A stretch of 64,000 nt of DNA from a virus. A program made the translations under genes and the position numbers. Positions within the stretch are counted from its first letter, which is position 1; the number at the start of each line of letters is the position of its first letter. The stretch is taken from the IMG/VR virus record IMGVR_UViG_3300020202_000063, positions 1-64,000 of that record; one strand, written 5' to 3'. Under the pieces are notes generated by a model. The model was not told where the DNA came from and searched no databases. It saw nothing but the letters and a program-made list of their open reading frames with translations. Shown one piece after another: positions 30,802 through 40,787 of the stretch.

Positions 30802-31769
30802 TGGATACTACTTGCAACTACTCTAAAGCCGATACAAATATCGATTTTTGTAGCATTCCTCCGTTTGTTTGTGAAGTGGATAGGTCATTTCACGAATCTT
30901 TAGAAGCTCTTAATAAACACTTGCGTAAGTTCAAAATAAAACAGAAAGATTATTACGAGAACTATTATAAACGAGTAGATTTACTCACTGGGGAACCAAT
31001 TGTATTTAAATCGATTGACCAATATTTTTCGGCACACTTCAAGGATAAGAACAACATGAAACGTTGGTTCAAAGAAAATCCAGAAGACGCAAAGAAACTG
31101 TCAATTCGTATGTTGAAAGAGCGAATCAAGAGGAAGAGTCTGACCCGACTTCCAAGTGAGGTAGAATTAATAACATGTGGCCTGCCGAGTTCTGAGTATT
31201 ATTATAATTTCATTGTATCTGAGGTTGTATCTGCCGGCCTGACGCCTCCATATGATTATGGATGTACGACATTTGAGGTTGATGATTCTCCGTTGCAGAT
31301 AGTCGTAGATACACGCGAGCAAACCCCTTTAAATTTTAAAGATGTTACAATAGTTAAGAATTCTTTAAATTTTGGTGATTATGCCGTTTTGGGCAAGGAA
31401 CAAGGCATCGTCATTGAGCGTAAGTCCTTGCCAGATTTGATTGGTTCGTGTGTTGCGCAGTATGAACGTTTCACAAGAGAATTTCAACGTGCCAAGGACG
31501 CGGGTGCCTATCTCATTGTGTTGTGCGAGGAAAGTTTGAACACAGCGCAAAACTATCCTTATATTCCATACTTAAGAAGGTTTATTAAAACGCCTCCTGA
31601 AGCAGTATTTCATAATGTCCGAGAATTGATGCAGAATTTCGGATTTCAATTCGTATTTTGTGATGGTCGCGCACGCGCGGCGGAAGTCGCTATAAAAATA
31701 TTTAGGTTAAAACAGGATGTGAGAACTTTAGACTTACAATTCTATTTAGACCGTCGTAAATTATTATAA
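30801..31769 (+). CDS. ERCC4/XPF-family nuclease
   Basis: IVVDTREQ..LNFGDY..IVIERKS..DL. Confidence 0.85.
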   Translation: MDTTCNYSKADTNIDFCSIPPFVCEVDRSFHESLEALNKHLRKFKIKQKDYYENYYKRVDLLTGEPIVFKSIDQYFSAHFKDKNNMKRWFKENPEDAKKLSIRMLKERIKRKSLTRLPSEVELITCGLPSSEYYYNFIVSEVVSAGLTPPYDYGCTTFEVDDSPLQIVVDTREQTPLNFKDVTIVKNSLNFGDYAVLGKEQGIVIERKSLPDLIGSCVAQYERFTREFQRAKDAGAYLIVLCEESLNTAQNYPYIPYLRRFIKTPPEAVFHNVRELMQNFGFQFVFCDGRARAAEVAIKIFRLKQDVRTLDLQFYLDRRKLL

Positions 31770-31773
31770 TACC

Positions 31774-33675
31774 ATGTGGGAAAATTTAGCTTGGGAGCCG
31801 CCCGATTATAAAGGTGCCGGTGAAAAGAAAACGGTAAACGATGAATTTATGACGGTCACCGAAGAACTTACTGAGGAACGCGCGCGCGAGATGCTTGGTA
31901 AATTCCTTCGTGAGAATCTGGCGTTTACAACAGAAATTCTTACTGGCATTAGGTTGTACCCCGAACAGGTTGTATATCTACGTTCTTGGTTTGAGAACAA
32001 TTTTAATCTTTGTATAGCTGGTCGTGGTTGTGCCAAGAGTACCCTTGCTGGTGTTTTTGCCATTCTGTATTGTTTGTTCAATCCTAGTACCACTGTTCTT
32101 ATCGTATCTCAGAATTTCCGTTCGAGCCGCCGTATCCTCGAAAATATTGAACGTATTGCTTTATCACCCTCGGGGACGTTACTCCGTCAAATCTTTAAGA
32201 ATGAGAAATTAAGCAGGCGCGGCGATATCTTTCAGTGGGAAATGTTGAATGAATCTCGTATTATCTGTGTCCCCTTATCTAATGGTGAAGGTCTCCGTGG
32301 ATTGCGCGCAAACGTTCTGATTGTGGACGAAGCACTTCTAGTCCCAATGAAAATCATTGAGGAAATTCTACAACCCTTCCTCGTGGCGTCTGGCGACATC
32401 AAAGATAAACAACGAGTTCGCGAATATGAGGATAAATTAATTAAGGCCGGACGCATGAAGGAGTCCGAGCGTAGGGTGTTTAAATCTACTTCAAAAATGA
32501 TTCTTCTTTCCTCTGCATCTTATCAGTGGGAAGACCTTTATAAAGTTTATTTAAAATATCTTGAACACGCTCGCACCGATACTGAAGAACAACGTAAAAT
32601 TGCATCTTATGGAGTTTTACATTTTAGTTATGAGTCTGTACCCGAAGATATGTTGGATGCCGCCATTAAAGAGGATATCAAGAACGCCCCACAATCGACT
32701 ATCGATAAGGAATACAAAGCTATCTTTATTGAAAGTACCCGCAGTTTCTTCAGTGCTCAAAAGATGGCTGAATGTACTGCAAAGGCTGGTGAACAACCTG
32801 TTACCGAAATAGTGGGAGAACCGGGCGCAGAATACGTTTTAGGTATTGACCCTTCATTTTCATCTTCTGAGGCGAGCGACCATTTCGCAATGTGCCTCCT
32901 TAAGATAGTACCGAGGGGCGATAAGAAAGTAGGAGCCGTTGTAAATCAATACGCGGTTGCCGGTGGAAGTTTGAAGGACCACATCCTATATTTATATTAC
33001 CTACTTACTAAATTCAATATAATATATATAGGTATCGACGCATCCCAAGGTGATAATAATGAATTTATAAACGCATGTAATAATTCGGCTCTTTTTAAGA
33101 GCGCCGGAATTGATTTAAAAGATATCGATGCGGAATTTCATCGTGACGATATGGAAGTGTTACCTTCGCAAATCCTTCGTAGTTACAATTTTGATAATAA
33201 ACGAATCGTTCAGAAGCAGGGTTTTCACTCTGCCTTTCAGCGTGCGGCAAACGAATATCTACAAACGTGTATCGAAAACAGGTCAATTATTTTCGGTAGC
33301 GAAATTTCTGGTATGGATGGATTGGGCGAATCGCTATCGAAACTAGATTTTTCTATTTTACTTGATAAGAATAAGGGGCATAGCGAATACAATGACCCCA
33401 AAGATGGCGGCGTATTCTTACTTATGGAAGACCAAGCGCGGCTTATACGTCTAGTTAAGGACGAATGCTCATTAATTGAAGTCGGGGTTTCACCCTTAGG
33501 TACAAATAGTTATGATTTACCTCCAAACATTAAGCGGGCCAAGTCAGCTAATCGCGCACGTAAAGACTCTTATTCGGCGCTCCTTTTAGCCAACTGGTGC
33601 CTACGCCTCTATTTAAAGAGCCGAGAAATGCCAAAGCAAGACAACACGGGTACATTTAGACCTATTCTCATCTAA
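31774..33675 (+). CDS. terL: Terminase large subunit
   Basis: Walker A AGRGCAKS, RGLRANVLIVDEA Walker B, LSSA motif III, LGIDPS RNase H-like nuclease, KDSYSA. Confidence 0.92.
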   Translation: MWENLAWEPPDYKGAGEKKTVNDEFMTVTEELTEERAREMLGKFLRENLAFTTEILTGIRLYPEQVVYLRSWFENNFNLCIAGRGCAKSTLAGVFAILYCLFNPSTTVLIVSQNFRSSRRILENIERIALSPSGTLLRQIFKNEKLSRRGDIFQWEMLNESRIICVPLSNGEGLRGLRANVLIVDEALLVPMKIIEEILQPFLVASGDIKDKQRVREYEDKLIKAGRMKESERRVFKSTSKMILLSSASYQWEDLYKVYLKYLEHARTDTEEQRKIASYGVLHFSYESVPEDMLDAAIKEDIKNAPQSTIDKEYKAIFIESTRSFFSAQKMAECTAKAGEQPVTEIVGEPGAEYVLGIDPSFSSSEASDHFAMCLLKIVPRGDKKVGAVVNQYAVAGGSLKDHILYLYYLLTKFNIIYIGIDASQGDNNEFINACNNSALFKSAGIDLKDIDAEFHRDDMEVLPSQILRSYNFDNKRIVQKQGFHSAFQRAANEYLQTCIENRSIIFGSEISGMDGLGESLSKLDFSILLDKNKGHSEYNDPKDGGVFLLMEDQARLIRLVKDECSLIEVGVSPLGTNSYDLPPNIKRAKSANRARKDSYSALLLANWCLRLYLKSREMPKQDNTGTFRPILI

Positions 33676-33691
33676 AATCGTTAGCTTTTTT

Positions 33692-33697
33692 GTGTAA
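33692..33697 (+). promoter_or_regulatory. GTGTAA putative late-promoter motif
   Basis: Intergenic after TerL. Confidence 0.55.
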
Positions 33698-33702
33698 TTG
33701 TT

Positions 33703-34281
33703 ATGGCAATGTCACTTTTTCGACAAATGAAATCCATTCTTGGTTCTCACACAAAGTCAATTTTCGCACTTTTTCTCAGTCTTATACTATTTTTCGGGCT
33801 GATTTCCTGCGCCAAGCAAGCTGGGGAACCACAAATGTTTTCCGGAAGTGTGTTACATTTTAGTGACCTTATACGAAACGTCAAAGCGCGGGATATTCAT
33901 ACGGGTAAATTAAACTACGCTGTAGTACGTCGTGAGTGGGTAGAATGGTATTACAAACAATTTAGAGACGAGATAGGTAAAGGTCAGTTCGGGGTAATCA
34001 AATGGGATAAGTTATTTACCTGTACAGCTTTTACTACCCGCTTTGTTGCTGACGCACAATTACATTTTTTTCGAAACGCTTGGCATGATACAATACAATA
34101 TCGTGCAGAATCGGTGGCGATTGGAGAATTTTGGTTTCAACCACAACCAACTGGTCCGGGGCACGCTATCGCAGTTTGTATGACGGAAAACGGCTTAGAG
34201 TTTTTTGAACCGCAGACCGGCCAATGGGTTAATATTACCGAAGAACAAAGAACCCGTAATTGGTTCGCAAAATTTGATTAA
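33703..34281 (+). CDS. Lipoprotein with putative papain/transglutaminase-like Cys-His-Glu triad
   Basis: LFFGLISC lipobox; FTCTAF..GHAIAV..FFEPQ. Confidence 0.55.
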   Translation: MAMSLFRQMKSILGSHTKSIFALFLSLILFFGLISCAKQAGEPQMFSGSVLHFSDLIRNVKARDIHTGKLNYAVVRREWVEWYYKQFRDEIGKGQFGVIKWDKLFTCTAFTTRFVADAQLHFFRNAWHDTIQYRAESVAIGEFWFQPQPTGPGHAIAVCMTENGLEFFEPQTGQWVNITEEQRTRNWFAKFD

Positions 34282-34282
34282 C

Positions 34283-36238
34283 ATGCCACGTTCATATAAT
34301 AAAACTTCCACTTGGTGGGAAACTCGAAAGAAAGAGGCTGAATTACGCGCCTCTGCAATAACACCAACTAAGTTTCAACCTATTTCCGCCCCAGACCTCA
34401 AATATGAATTTGCGGGAGAAAATCTAGTTGCCGCTTGTGCGGGCAGCGGGTCAGTAACGAATACCCGAAATAAGTTTACGAATAGTGGATATTTCAATGG
34501 TGGCGGCATAAACGGCTTTGAAAATCTATCCAATTATCCATTACCATATGAAATTTCGAATGGGCGTATTTCCATGGGGAATACCATCCAACTCGTCATG
34601 CGTGCGTATTCGGGCTTCCCTGTATTTCGCAATGCAATCGAAGTATTAGTAGAATTTACAAATACGCCAATGCACCTTAAAGGTGGTAATGCAAAATCGC
34701 GCGAATTCATTCAGGCGTGGTTCCAAAAGGTTGGCATGCAGAAATTGAGTGAGCAGTTCTTCCGTGAATACTATCGCTCTGGTAATGTATTTTTGTATCG
34801 ATTCGATGGGCGCATGCGCGATGCCGATTTTAAGCAAATGCAGCAGGTTTTCGGCGCCAAATCAAACATTATTCCTATCCGATATGTTTTGATTAACCCC
34901 ACCAATGTATTTGTTGAGAACGCAATCATCACCAACAACTATACATATGTAAAACTCCTTTCGCCTTTTGAAGTTCAGCGTTTAAAGCATCCTCAGACCC
35001 CAGAGGAGCGGGAAATGTTTGAATCGCTCCCCGATAATGTAAAGCAGCAGATTAAGAACGCCAGTGGTGGAGGGTTGAAGCAGATATATGTTCCCATCGA
35101 CTTAAATCGCCTTTATTACGTATTTTACAAAAAGCAGGATTATGAACCTCTGGCCACTCCTATGGGTTTCGGGGTTTTAAATGACATTGAATATAAACTT
35201 CAGATGAAGCGTATTGATATGGCTCTTACCAAGACCATCGAGCACGCGTTCTTGAAGATTACTATGGGTAATGAGCCTGATAAACATGGTATCAATCAAG
35301 CAAATATGCAATCGATGCAGGATATTTTTAAGAATTCCACCATCGGGCGCGTATTAGTAGCGGATTATACTACAAAAGCCGAATGGGTTATTCCAGACTT
35401 AAAGAATCTGCTTGGTCCGGAGAAATATCAGGTTGTAAACGACGATATTCGAGAGGGTTTACAGTCCATACTACTCGGCGATGATAAATTTGCAAATGCC
35501 GTCATCAAAGCACGCGTTTTCAATGAAAGACTTAAGGAGGGTCGAATGGTGTTCAAGCGTGATTTTCTTGAACCGGAAATTCGTCGTATCTGTGCCGAAA
35601 TGAATTTTAAATCTGCTCCTACTGTAGAATTTGAAGAAATCTTACTAGAAGACGACACAAATCTACAACGTCTTTACACTCGTTGGGCTGAACTTGGTAT
35701 CCTAGCACCTTGGGAACTTATTCGTGCAAAGCAAACGGGTCTTCTCCCAGAAAAGGCCGATAATATCGAGTCTCAGAAAGAATACAAAGATTTACGCGAA
35801 GACGAATTTTACTATCCACTTGTTGGGGCGTCCGCACCTAAAGATGGAGAGGCGTTGGCCGCACCATCAGGTAGACCATCGGGTACAAAGTCCAAACAGA
35901 CGACTAAAAAGGTCAGTCCAATTGGCGGCGGCGTTTCTTCTAAGAAGTTGATGAAAGCAATTTCGTTATCCAATGACCTTCTTGGTTCTGTACAGAGTGA
36001 ATTCCGTAAGCGCTTTAATCTCAAAAAATTAGATAGTGCGCAACAAGACTTAACCGCTTCACTGGCAAAAGCCATTATGGTAAACGAAGATATTGAGAAG
36101 TGGCAGGAGTGTGTTGCGAGCTATATGGATAGCCCAAAAGATATGAATAAAGAACAATGCGCTATAGTGGATGAGATACGTATCGCGCATGAAGTAGATG
36201 AATGGCAAGCCATACTTCTTAACAAGTGTAAAATCTGA
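34283..36238 (+). CDS. Portal protein
   Basis: FFREYYRSGNVFLY, KKQDYEPLATP, GRPSG C-tail; start at MPRSY. Confidence 0.85.
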   Translation: MPRSYNKTSTWWETRKKEAELRASAITPTKFQPISAPDLKYEFAGENLVAACAGSGSVTNTRNKFTNSGYFNGGGINGFENLSNYPLPYEISNGRISMGNTIQLVMRAYSGFPVFRNAIEVLVEFTNTPMHLKGGNAKSREFIQAWFQKVGMQKLSEQFFREYYRSGNVFLYRFDGRMRDADFKQMQQVFGAKSNIIPIRYVLINPTNVFVENAIITNNYTYVKLLSPFEVQRLKHPQTPEEREMFESLPDNVKQQIKNASGGGLKQIYVPIDLNRLYYVFYKKQDYEPLATPMGFGVLNDIEYKLQMKRIDMALTKTIEHAFLKITMGNEPDKHGINQANMQSMQDIFKNSTIGRVLVADYTTKAEWVIPDLKNLLGPEKYQVVNDDIREGLQSILLGDDKFANAVIKARVFNERLKEGRMVFKRDFLEPEIRRICAEMNFKSAPTVEFEEILLEDDTNLQRLYTRWAELGILAPWELIRAKQTGLLPEKADNIESQKEYKDLREDEFYYPLVGASAPKDGEALAAPSGRPSGTKSKQTTKKVSPIGGGVSSKKLMKAISLSNDLLGSVQSEFRKRFNLKKLDSAQQDLTASLAKAIMVNEDIEKWQECVASYMDSPKDMNKEQCAIVDEIRIAHEVDEWQAILLNKCKI

Positions 36239-36247
36239 TATTTATAA

Positions 36248-36253
36248 GTGTAA
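36248..36253 (+). promoter_or_regulatory. GTGTAA putative late-promoter motif (second copy at 36226-36231)
   Basis: Upstream of 36290. Confidence 0.6.
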
Positions 36254-36289
36254 ATAAACATACCAACCTTTAACTCATATATTGCGCTC

Positions 36290-36784
36290 ATGAAGAGAGA
36301 ATTGACCCTTACCAACAAACGTTTCGCAGAAGAACTTGTTGCACATCTAAACGAAAAAGAACCTATCGCTAAGTTAGAGGAAAAGGATAGTAAGTTCATC
36401 GTCGCCTATGAGACCACAGCCGCCGATGGGCAATGTGTCGATGAGAAATTGGCGCAAGTTGCGCAATATCTTTTTAGAGTGGTTGATGACCGCTTCAATT
36501 ATGTTCTTCGTCAAATTGACCAAATTTGGACTCAGTACGATAAACATACTGTCGGACATTTACCACAACTATCCCCATCTGGCTTGGCCAAGCTTATTAA
36601 AGCAGCCGGTCAAGAAGATGATTTTGAGGTTCGTCCACGTATGGTTTGGGCATCTCAGGGTGGTATCGAATTTGGCGCACAGGAACTCAAAGACGCACTT
36701 ACAAAAATTAATGAAAGTGCCGAGGCTTCCACCGATAAGGATATCAGCCGCTTGATGGATGTAATTCGCGCCCAAAAGAAATAA
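36290..36784 (+). CDS. Hypothetical protein (head module)
   Basis: 164-aa ORF coupled to the protease gene. Confidence 0.7.
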   Translation: MKRELTLTNKRFAEELVAHLNEKEPIAKLEEKDSKFIVAYETTAADGQCVDEKLAQVAQYLFRVVDDRFNYVLRQIDQIWTQYDKHTVGHLPQLSPSGLAKLIKAAGQEDDFEVRPRMVWASQGGIEFGAQELKDALTKINESAEASTDKDISRLMDVIRAQKK

Positions 36785-38415
36785 TGGACGGTTTACCGGA
36801 TATCTTCAAAGATAAGATAGAGATTTTTTCCACTATTAAGGTTATTGAGGAAACTCAGTCGCCTTTTAAGAAGGAAGAAATCACTGCTTCGTTAGATAAA
36901 TTAAAGGATATTTTTCCTAAATGGGTAGATGTAGATTCTACTCCCGATATTCTATTTCTTGCCTCTAATCTAGTTGTGTGCGATGTAATGAATGGCAATC
37001 ATGTTTGTTTGCCCCTTTCCGTCGCCAAAGAAGTATACAAAGGCTTTATTAATAAGCTTGTTGATATTGAGCATGATAGAAAGAGAATTGTTGGTTTTAT
37101 TATAAATTCTGCTTTCACCAAAGTCGACACAGACGAAATTATAGAAGAGAAGGATTTGGATAGCTACGACGGTTTGGTCCAGATATCTTATGCTGCGGCC
37201 ATCTGGCGTTTAGCCGCACCAAAATTATCCGCATTTTTACTCAAGGCGTCCAATCCAGAATCTAAAGAATACAATCAGGTAAGTTCAAGTTTTGAACTCG
37301 CAGTTAGTGATTGGGATATTGCAGTGGGTTCCCCTCATGTAAAGAATGCGCGTATCATCAAAAGGGGTGACAAAGATTTTGATTTGTATGCTGCATATCT
37401 CCCCAATAACAAAGGCTCTGGGAAGACTAAACAGGGTGACTTTGTATATCGCGTGATTAAGGGGGAAGTTCTTCCTACGGGCGCGGGCTTGGTCGCCAAT
37501 CCAGCAAGTCAAGTCGAAGGTATCTACACCTTAGTTGGAGAAGAAGATATAGTCGAAAAGGAAGAGGGTAAGGAAAAAGCTGATATAAGTGTAGTAGAGA
37601 CTCCAAAAGTCGAGTCTACAGAGGTAACTACGGCAAATATTACGCTTCCTACCAATGAAATTTCTCAACAAAATATCGAAAATACTAAAATCGAGGGAAA
37701 ACTAAGTGTAAACTCTAATACAACCCACTCTATGAAAATTACCAAAGTAGAAGATATCGTCGCATCTCTTTTTAAAGAGGAAACAACTGCAAGCGCCGTT
37801 ACTGCTTTCATTGCTGCCGAGATTGCTAAGTCCAGTGAACAATATGTCAAGGATTTACAGGCGCAGAAAGACCTAAGTAAGAAGCTTGAGGAAGCAAAGG
37901 CTTCTGCGGAGACAAAGGCACAGGAACTTCAGACGAAGGTAACCGAACTTGCGAACCGCCTTAATGAAATTGAGGCTCAAAAGGCCGCTCAACAGGCCGA
38001 AGCAGATTTCAATCAACGTATGAATGCGTTTGAAGAAGAATATGACCTTGATGAAGAAGACCGCAAGTCTCTCACGGTTGATATTAAGGCATGCAAGACG
38101 AAGGAAGAATTCGAAACTTTCGTGGCTAAGATTAAGCCGCTCATGAAGGAAAAGAGCAAGACTTTCAAAAAGGAAAAAGCTTCCAAGCTTGAAGAGGCTG
38201 TTAAGGCCGCAAAAGCAACTGGCGTTTCTATTGATACCGTTAAGGTTGACCCAAAGACATTGGATTTCGTTGAAATCGTTGCTTCGGTAAAAGAGACACC
38301 AAAACAGGAAAATGTTCCAAACACACCTCCCCCAGCAGGAGAAAAGAGTCTTGTAGAGCGTATGCAGGCTTTCAAAGACCAGATTAGCTTTAACGGCAAA
38401 GTCGTTAAACAGTAA
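36784..38415 (+). CDS. Prohead protease fused to coiled-coil scaffold
   Basis: VDIEHDR (His), VSSSFEL (Ser), GAGLVANPAS; acidic/Lys coiled-coil C-half. Confidence 0.85.
   Translation: MDGLPDIFKDKIEIFSTIKVIEETQSPFKKEEITASLDKLKDIFPKWVDVDSTPDILFLASNLVVCDVMNGNHVCLPLSVAKEVYKGFINKLVDIEHDRKRIVGFIINSAFTKVDTDEIIEEKDLDSYDGLVQISYAAAIWRLAAPKLSAFLLKASNPESKEYNQVSSSFELAVSDWDIAVGSPHVKNARIIKRGDKDFDLYAAYLPNNKGSGKTKQGDFVYRVIKGEVLPTGAGLVANPASQVEGIYTLVGEEDIVEKEEGKEKADISVVETPKVESTEVTTANITLPTNEISQQNIENTKIEGKLSVNSNTTHSMKITKVEDIVASLFKEETTASAVTAFIAAEIAKSSEQYVKDLQAQKDLSKKLEEAKASAETKAQELQTKVTELANRLNEIEAQKAAQQAEADFNQRMNAFEEEYDLDEEDRKSLTVDIKACKTKEEFETFVAKIKPLMKEKSKTFKKEKASKLEEAVKAAKATGVSIDTVKVDPKTLDFVEIVASVKETPKQENVPNTPPPAGEKSLVERMQAFKDQISFNGKVVKQ
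37706..37711 (+). promoter_or_regulatory. Internal GTGTAA motif upstream of in-frame ATG 37732
   Basis: taaGTGTAAactctaata..ctATG in the protease/scaffold linker. Confidence 0.55.
37732..38415 (+). CDS. Putative nested scaffold protein (internal start)
   Basis: In-frame ATG (MKITKVEDIV) at the start of the coiled-coil domain with its own promoter motif. Confidence 0.5.
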   Translation: MKITKVEDIVASLFKEETTASAVTAFIAAEIAKSSEQYVKDLQAQKDLSKKLEEAKASAETKAQELQTKVTELANRLNEIEAQKAAQQAEADFNQRMNAFEEEYDLDEEDRKSLTVDIKACKTKEEFETFVAKIKPLMKEKSKTFKKEKASKLEEAVKAAKATGVSIDTVKVDPKTLDFVEIVASVKETPKQENVPNTPPPAGEKSLVERMQAFKDQISFNGKVVKQ

Positions 38416-38444
38416 CCCCTATAAACTTTAATTTATAAAATAAC

Positions 38445-39086
38445 ATGCCAAATACAACCACATTTGCAAATACTCGTATTCACCCAACGAGAGACTATAG
38501 TGAACACGAAGTCATTAATATGTTCTCGAAGGACCGTACTGGTGAGGCAGGCGAACTCGTAAGAATCGTTCGTAGCACACCAAGCGAAACCAACAAATTC
38601 AGCAATACAACTGTCGGCGCGTCTTTCAGCCGCACGTACAATAAGTTCTACGAAACAACCGACAAGGTTCGCGCTACGGCGGGCGGTCAGTATGCAGACA
38701 CGAAGTACAACGTACTCGGTTTGACGCTGAATGCTACCCTTTCGCATGACGAAAACGGTCTTCCACTTTTCAATAACCCGCAGCGCCGCGAGGAATTGCA
38801 GTGCGTTATGTCCGGTGAAACGGTTCCCGTTCTCCGTCGTGGTGTTATTGGTGTTTATAGCAATGGCTATGTTGGCACCCCAACAGTCGGCTACGCAGTA
38901 GTACCATTCTCCGGTGGTAACGGTATGCTCGCTTTCGTTGACCCAACTAATACAGGCGAACTTGGTGGTATCGGTGGTTCAGTTCTCCCAACGCCACGTT
39001 ATCGCGAAAATCAAGTCATTGGTTACTGCCTTAGCTCGTCCGGTGATGAACTTGGAGGCTACGCCCTTATCAGTCTCGAACTCTAA
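38445..39086 (+). CDS. Capsid decoration/cement protein
   Basis: Between scaffold and MCP; beta-rich, VPVLRRG motif. Confidence 0.65.
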   Translation: MPNTTTFANTRIHPTRDYSEHEVINMFSKDRTGEAGELVRIVRSTPSETNKFSNTTVGASFSRTYNKFYETTDKVRATAGGQYADTKYNVLGLTLNATLSHDENGLPLFNNPQRREELQCVMSGETVPVLRRGVIGVYSNGYVGTPTVGYAVVPFSGGNGMLAFVDPTNTGELGGIGGSVLPTPRYRENQVIGYCLSSSGDELGGYALISLEL

Positions 39087-39117
39087 GTTTTAAACCAACA
39101 GAAAGGAAACTTTTTAC

Positions 39118-40227
39118 ATGAAAATTACCATCAATAGAACACCAGAGCAAGTTGAACTTGTGAAGCTTATGGCTAGCAAGAACAAGTTGAAGGCTATCGA
39201 AGCTCAAGAGGCATTCGCTGCTTTCATCGCCCCTGTTATCCAGAACATTCTTCAACAGGCTCCCGTTATCTCCCGCTTTTATAAGGACATCGCATACGAT
39301 TCCAATAGCAATCCATCAATTCCTCTCGACCTATATTACGACGTAACCCAGAAGGGTCTCGTTCGCGTATGGTCACAGACAATGCCCGGTAGCTTGGCTA
39401 CAGCCATCACTCAGGGTATCACGGAAATGATTCCTTCTACATACAATCTTACCTCTGCCGTATCGTTCCTCAAGAGCTATGCCGCAGCCGGTCGCTTGGA
39501 TGTAGTTGCAAAGACACTTGAACGCATGGCGCAGGAAGTATTGCTCAAGCAGGAAGTCAATTCCGCTTCGGTTATGCTCTCCGCTCTCGCTGGCGCGCAG
39601 TACGGCAATACAAATGCCTATCAGACAATTCGCTCTACGAACAAGGCAAACTTGGTTCCAAACGACCTCCTTCGTTTGATGACATTGGCCGCGCGCGTCA
39701 ACGCTTCGTGGGTTGGTGGTACTCCTACCAATGCTCCCCGTGGTTTGACCGACCTTATTCTCTCGCCAGAAGCGGTTGAGAAGGTCAAGGGTTGGGCATA
39801 TGAGCCACTTAATACACGTGGCGCCGCAATTCCAACTCAGGCTGGTATTGCAGAGCAAATCTATAACACTGCTGGTCTCCCAAGCATCTACGGTGTTACG
39901 CTCAATCAGGTTAACGAATTCGGTGTAGGATACTCCTACAATACGATTTTCGATACCGCCGCAGGTTCTAATTCGTACCCAGCATCGCCAACTGGTGGTT
40001 CTGCCGCCGCATTCGACGGCACCAGTGAGGAAATCATTGTTGGTCTCGATGCAACACGCGATAATCTTCTCCGTCCAGTTCTTACCAATGGTAATGAAGG
40101 AAGCACGTTTGAGATTAGCGCCGACGACCAATTCTTCGTCCGTTCGGAAAAGATTGGCTTCTACGGTAAACTCCGTGAAGGTCGCGTTGCAGTCGATACC
40201 CGCGCAATGCTCGGCCTCATTATGTAA
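39118..40227 (+). CDS. Major capsid protein (HK97 fold)
   Basis: Position, 369 aa, strong codon bias, KIGFYG..EGRV C-terminal motif, terminator after. Confidence 0.85.
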   Translation: MKITINRTPEQVELVKLMASKNKLKAIEAQEAFAAFIAPVIQNILQQAPVISRFYKDIAYDSNSNPSIPLDLYYDVTQKGLVRVWSQTMPGSLATAITQGITEMIPSTYNLTSAVSFLKSYAAAGRLDVVAKTLERMAQEVLLKQEVNSASVMLSALAGAQYGNTNAYQTIRSTNKANLVPNDLLRLMTLAARVNASWVGGTPTNAPRGLTDLILSPEAVEKVKGWAYEPLNTRGAAIPTQAGIAEQIYNTAGLPSIYGVTLNQVNEFGVGYSYNTIFDTAAGSNSYPASPTGGSAAAFDGTSEEIIVGLDATRDNLLRPVLTNGNEGSTFEISADDQFFVRSEKIGFYGKLREGRVAVDTRAMLGLIM

Positions 40228-40248
40228 GGTCGATAAAATCGATTCTCG

Positions 40249-40282
40249 AAGCCCCCTTTCTGAAGAAGATTGGGGGTTTTTT
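40249..40282 (+). terminator. Intrinsic terminator
   Basis: aagccccc/gggggttt stem + T tract. Confidence 0.75.
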
Positions 40283-40318
40283 ATTTCGTTATTGTGGCCT
40301 CCCCGCGTATTATCATAC

Positions 40319-40768
40319 ATGGAAAAAGTAAATAACGATAAACAAAGAAAATGTGCCCGATGTAAAAATATATTTCCACTAGACTTGTTTCCAATAAATC
40401 GTGGTTTAAAACATGGACATGGCTACTATTGTAAGAATTGTAAAAACATAGTTAAACGCGAAAACAGACATCGTTATAGAGATAGAGAAAAAACTAAGAT
40501 ACAAACAATTAAATATAAGTATGGCCTCTCAGAACAAGAATATATTAATTTACTAGAAAGGTCTGGTCACCAATGCGCAATTTGTAAACGCTCCGATAAG
40601 AGGTTAGTTATAGACCATAATCATCAAACAAAACAAGTTCGTGGTTTACTCTGTGCCACATGCAATACTGGTCTCGGACACTTCTATGAAGATGAAGTAA
40701 TCCTTACTGGCGCTATAAATTATGTAAAAACCCATAAAATATTGCGCATTAATCAAAATCGAACATAG
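40319..40768 (+). CDS. Endonuclease VII-family (HNH) homing-type endonuclease
   Basis: CAICK..LVIDHNH..VRGLLCATCNTGLG; AT-rich; ATG 40319. Confidence 0.85.
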   Translation: MEKVNNDKQRKCARCKNIFPLDLFPINRGLKHGHGYYCKNCKNIVKRENRHRYRDREKTKIQTIKYKYGLSEQEYINLLERSGHQCAICKRSDKRLVIDHNHQTKQVRGLLCATCNTGLGHFYEDEVILTGAINYVKTHKILRINQNRT

Positions 40769-40773
40769 AATAT

Positions 40774-40779
40774 GTGTAA
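40774..40779 (+). promoter_or_regulatory. GTGTAA putative late-promoter motif
   Basis: 8 nt before ATG 40788. Confidence 0.5.
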
Positions 40780-40787
40780 TGGGTGGC

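Noticed and set aside
39995-40318. N-terminal extension of the endonuclease ORF
   Set aside because: Overlaps MCP and its terminator; ATG 40319 preferred
39373-40320. 315-aa antisense ORF over the major capsid gene
   Set aside because: Shadow of strong codon bias; no recognisable protein features
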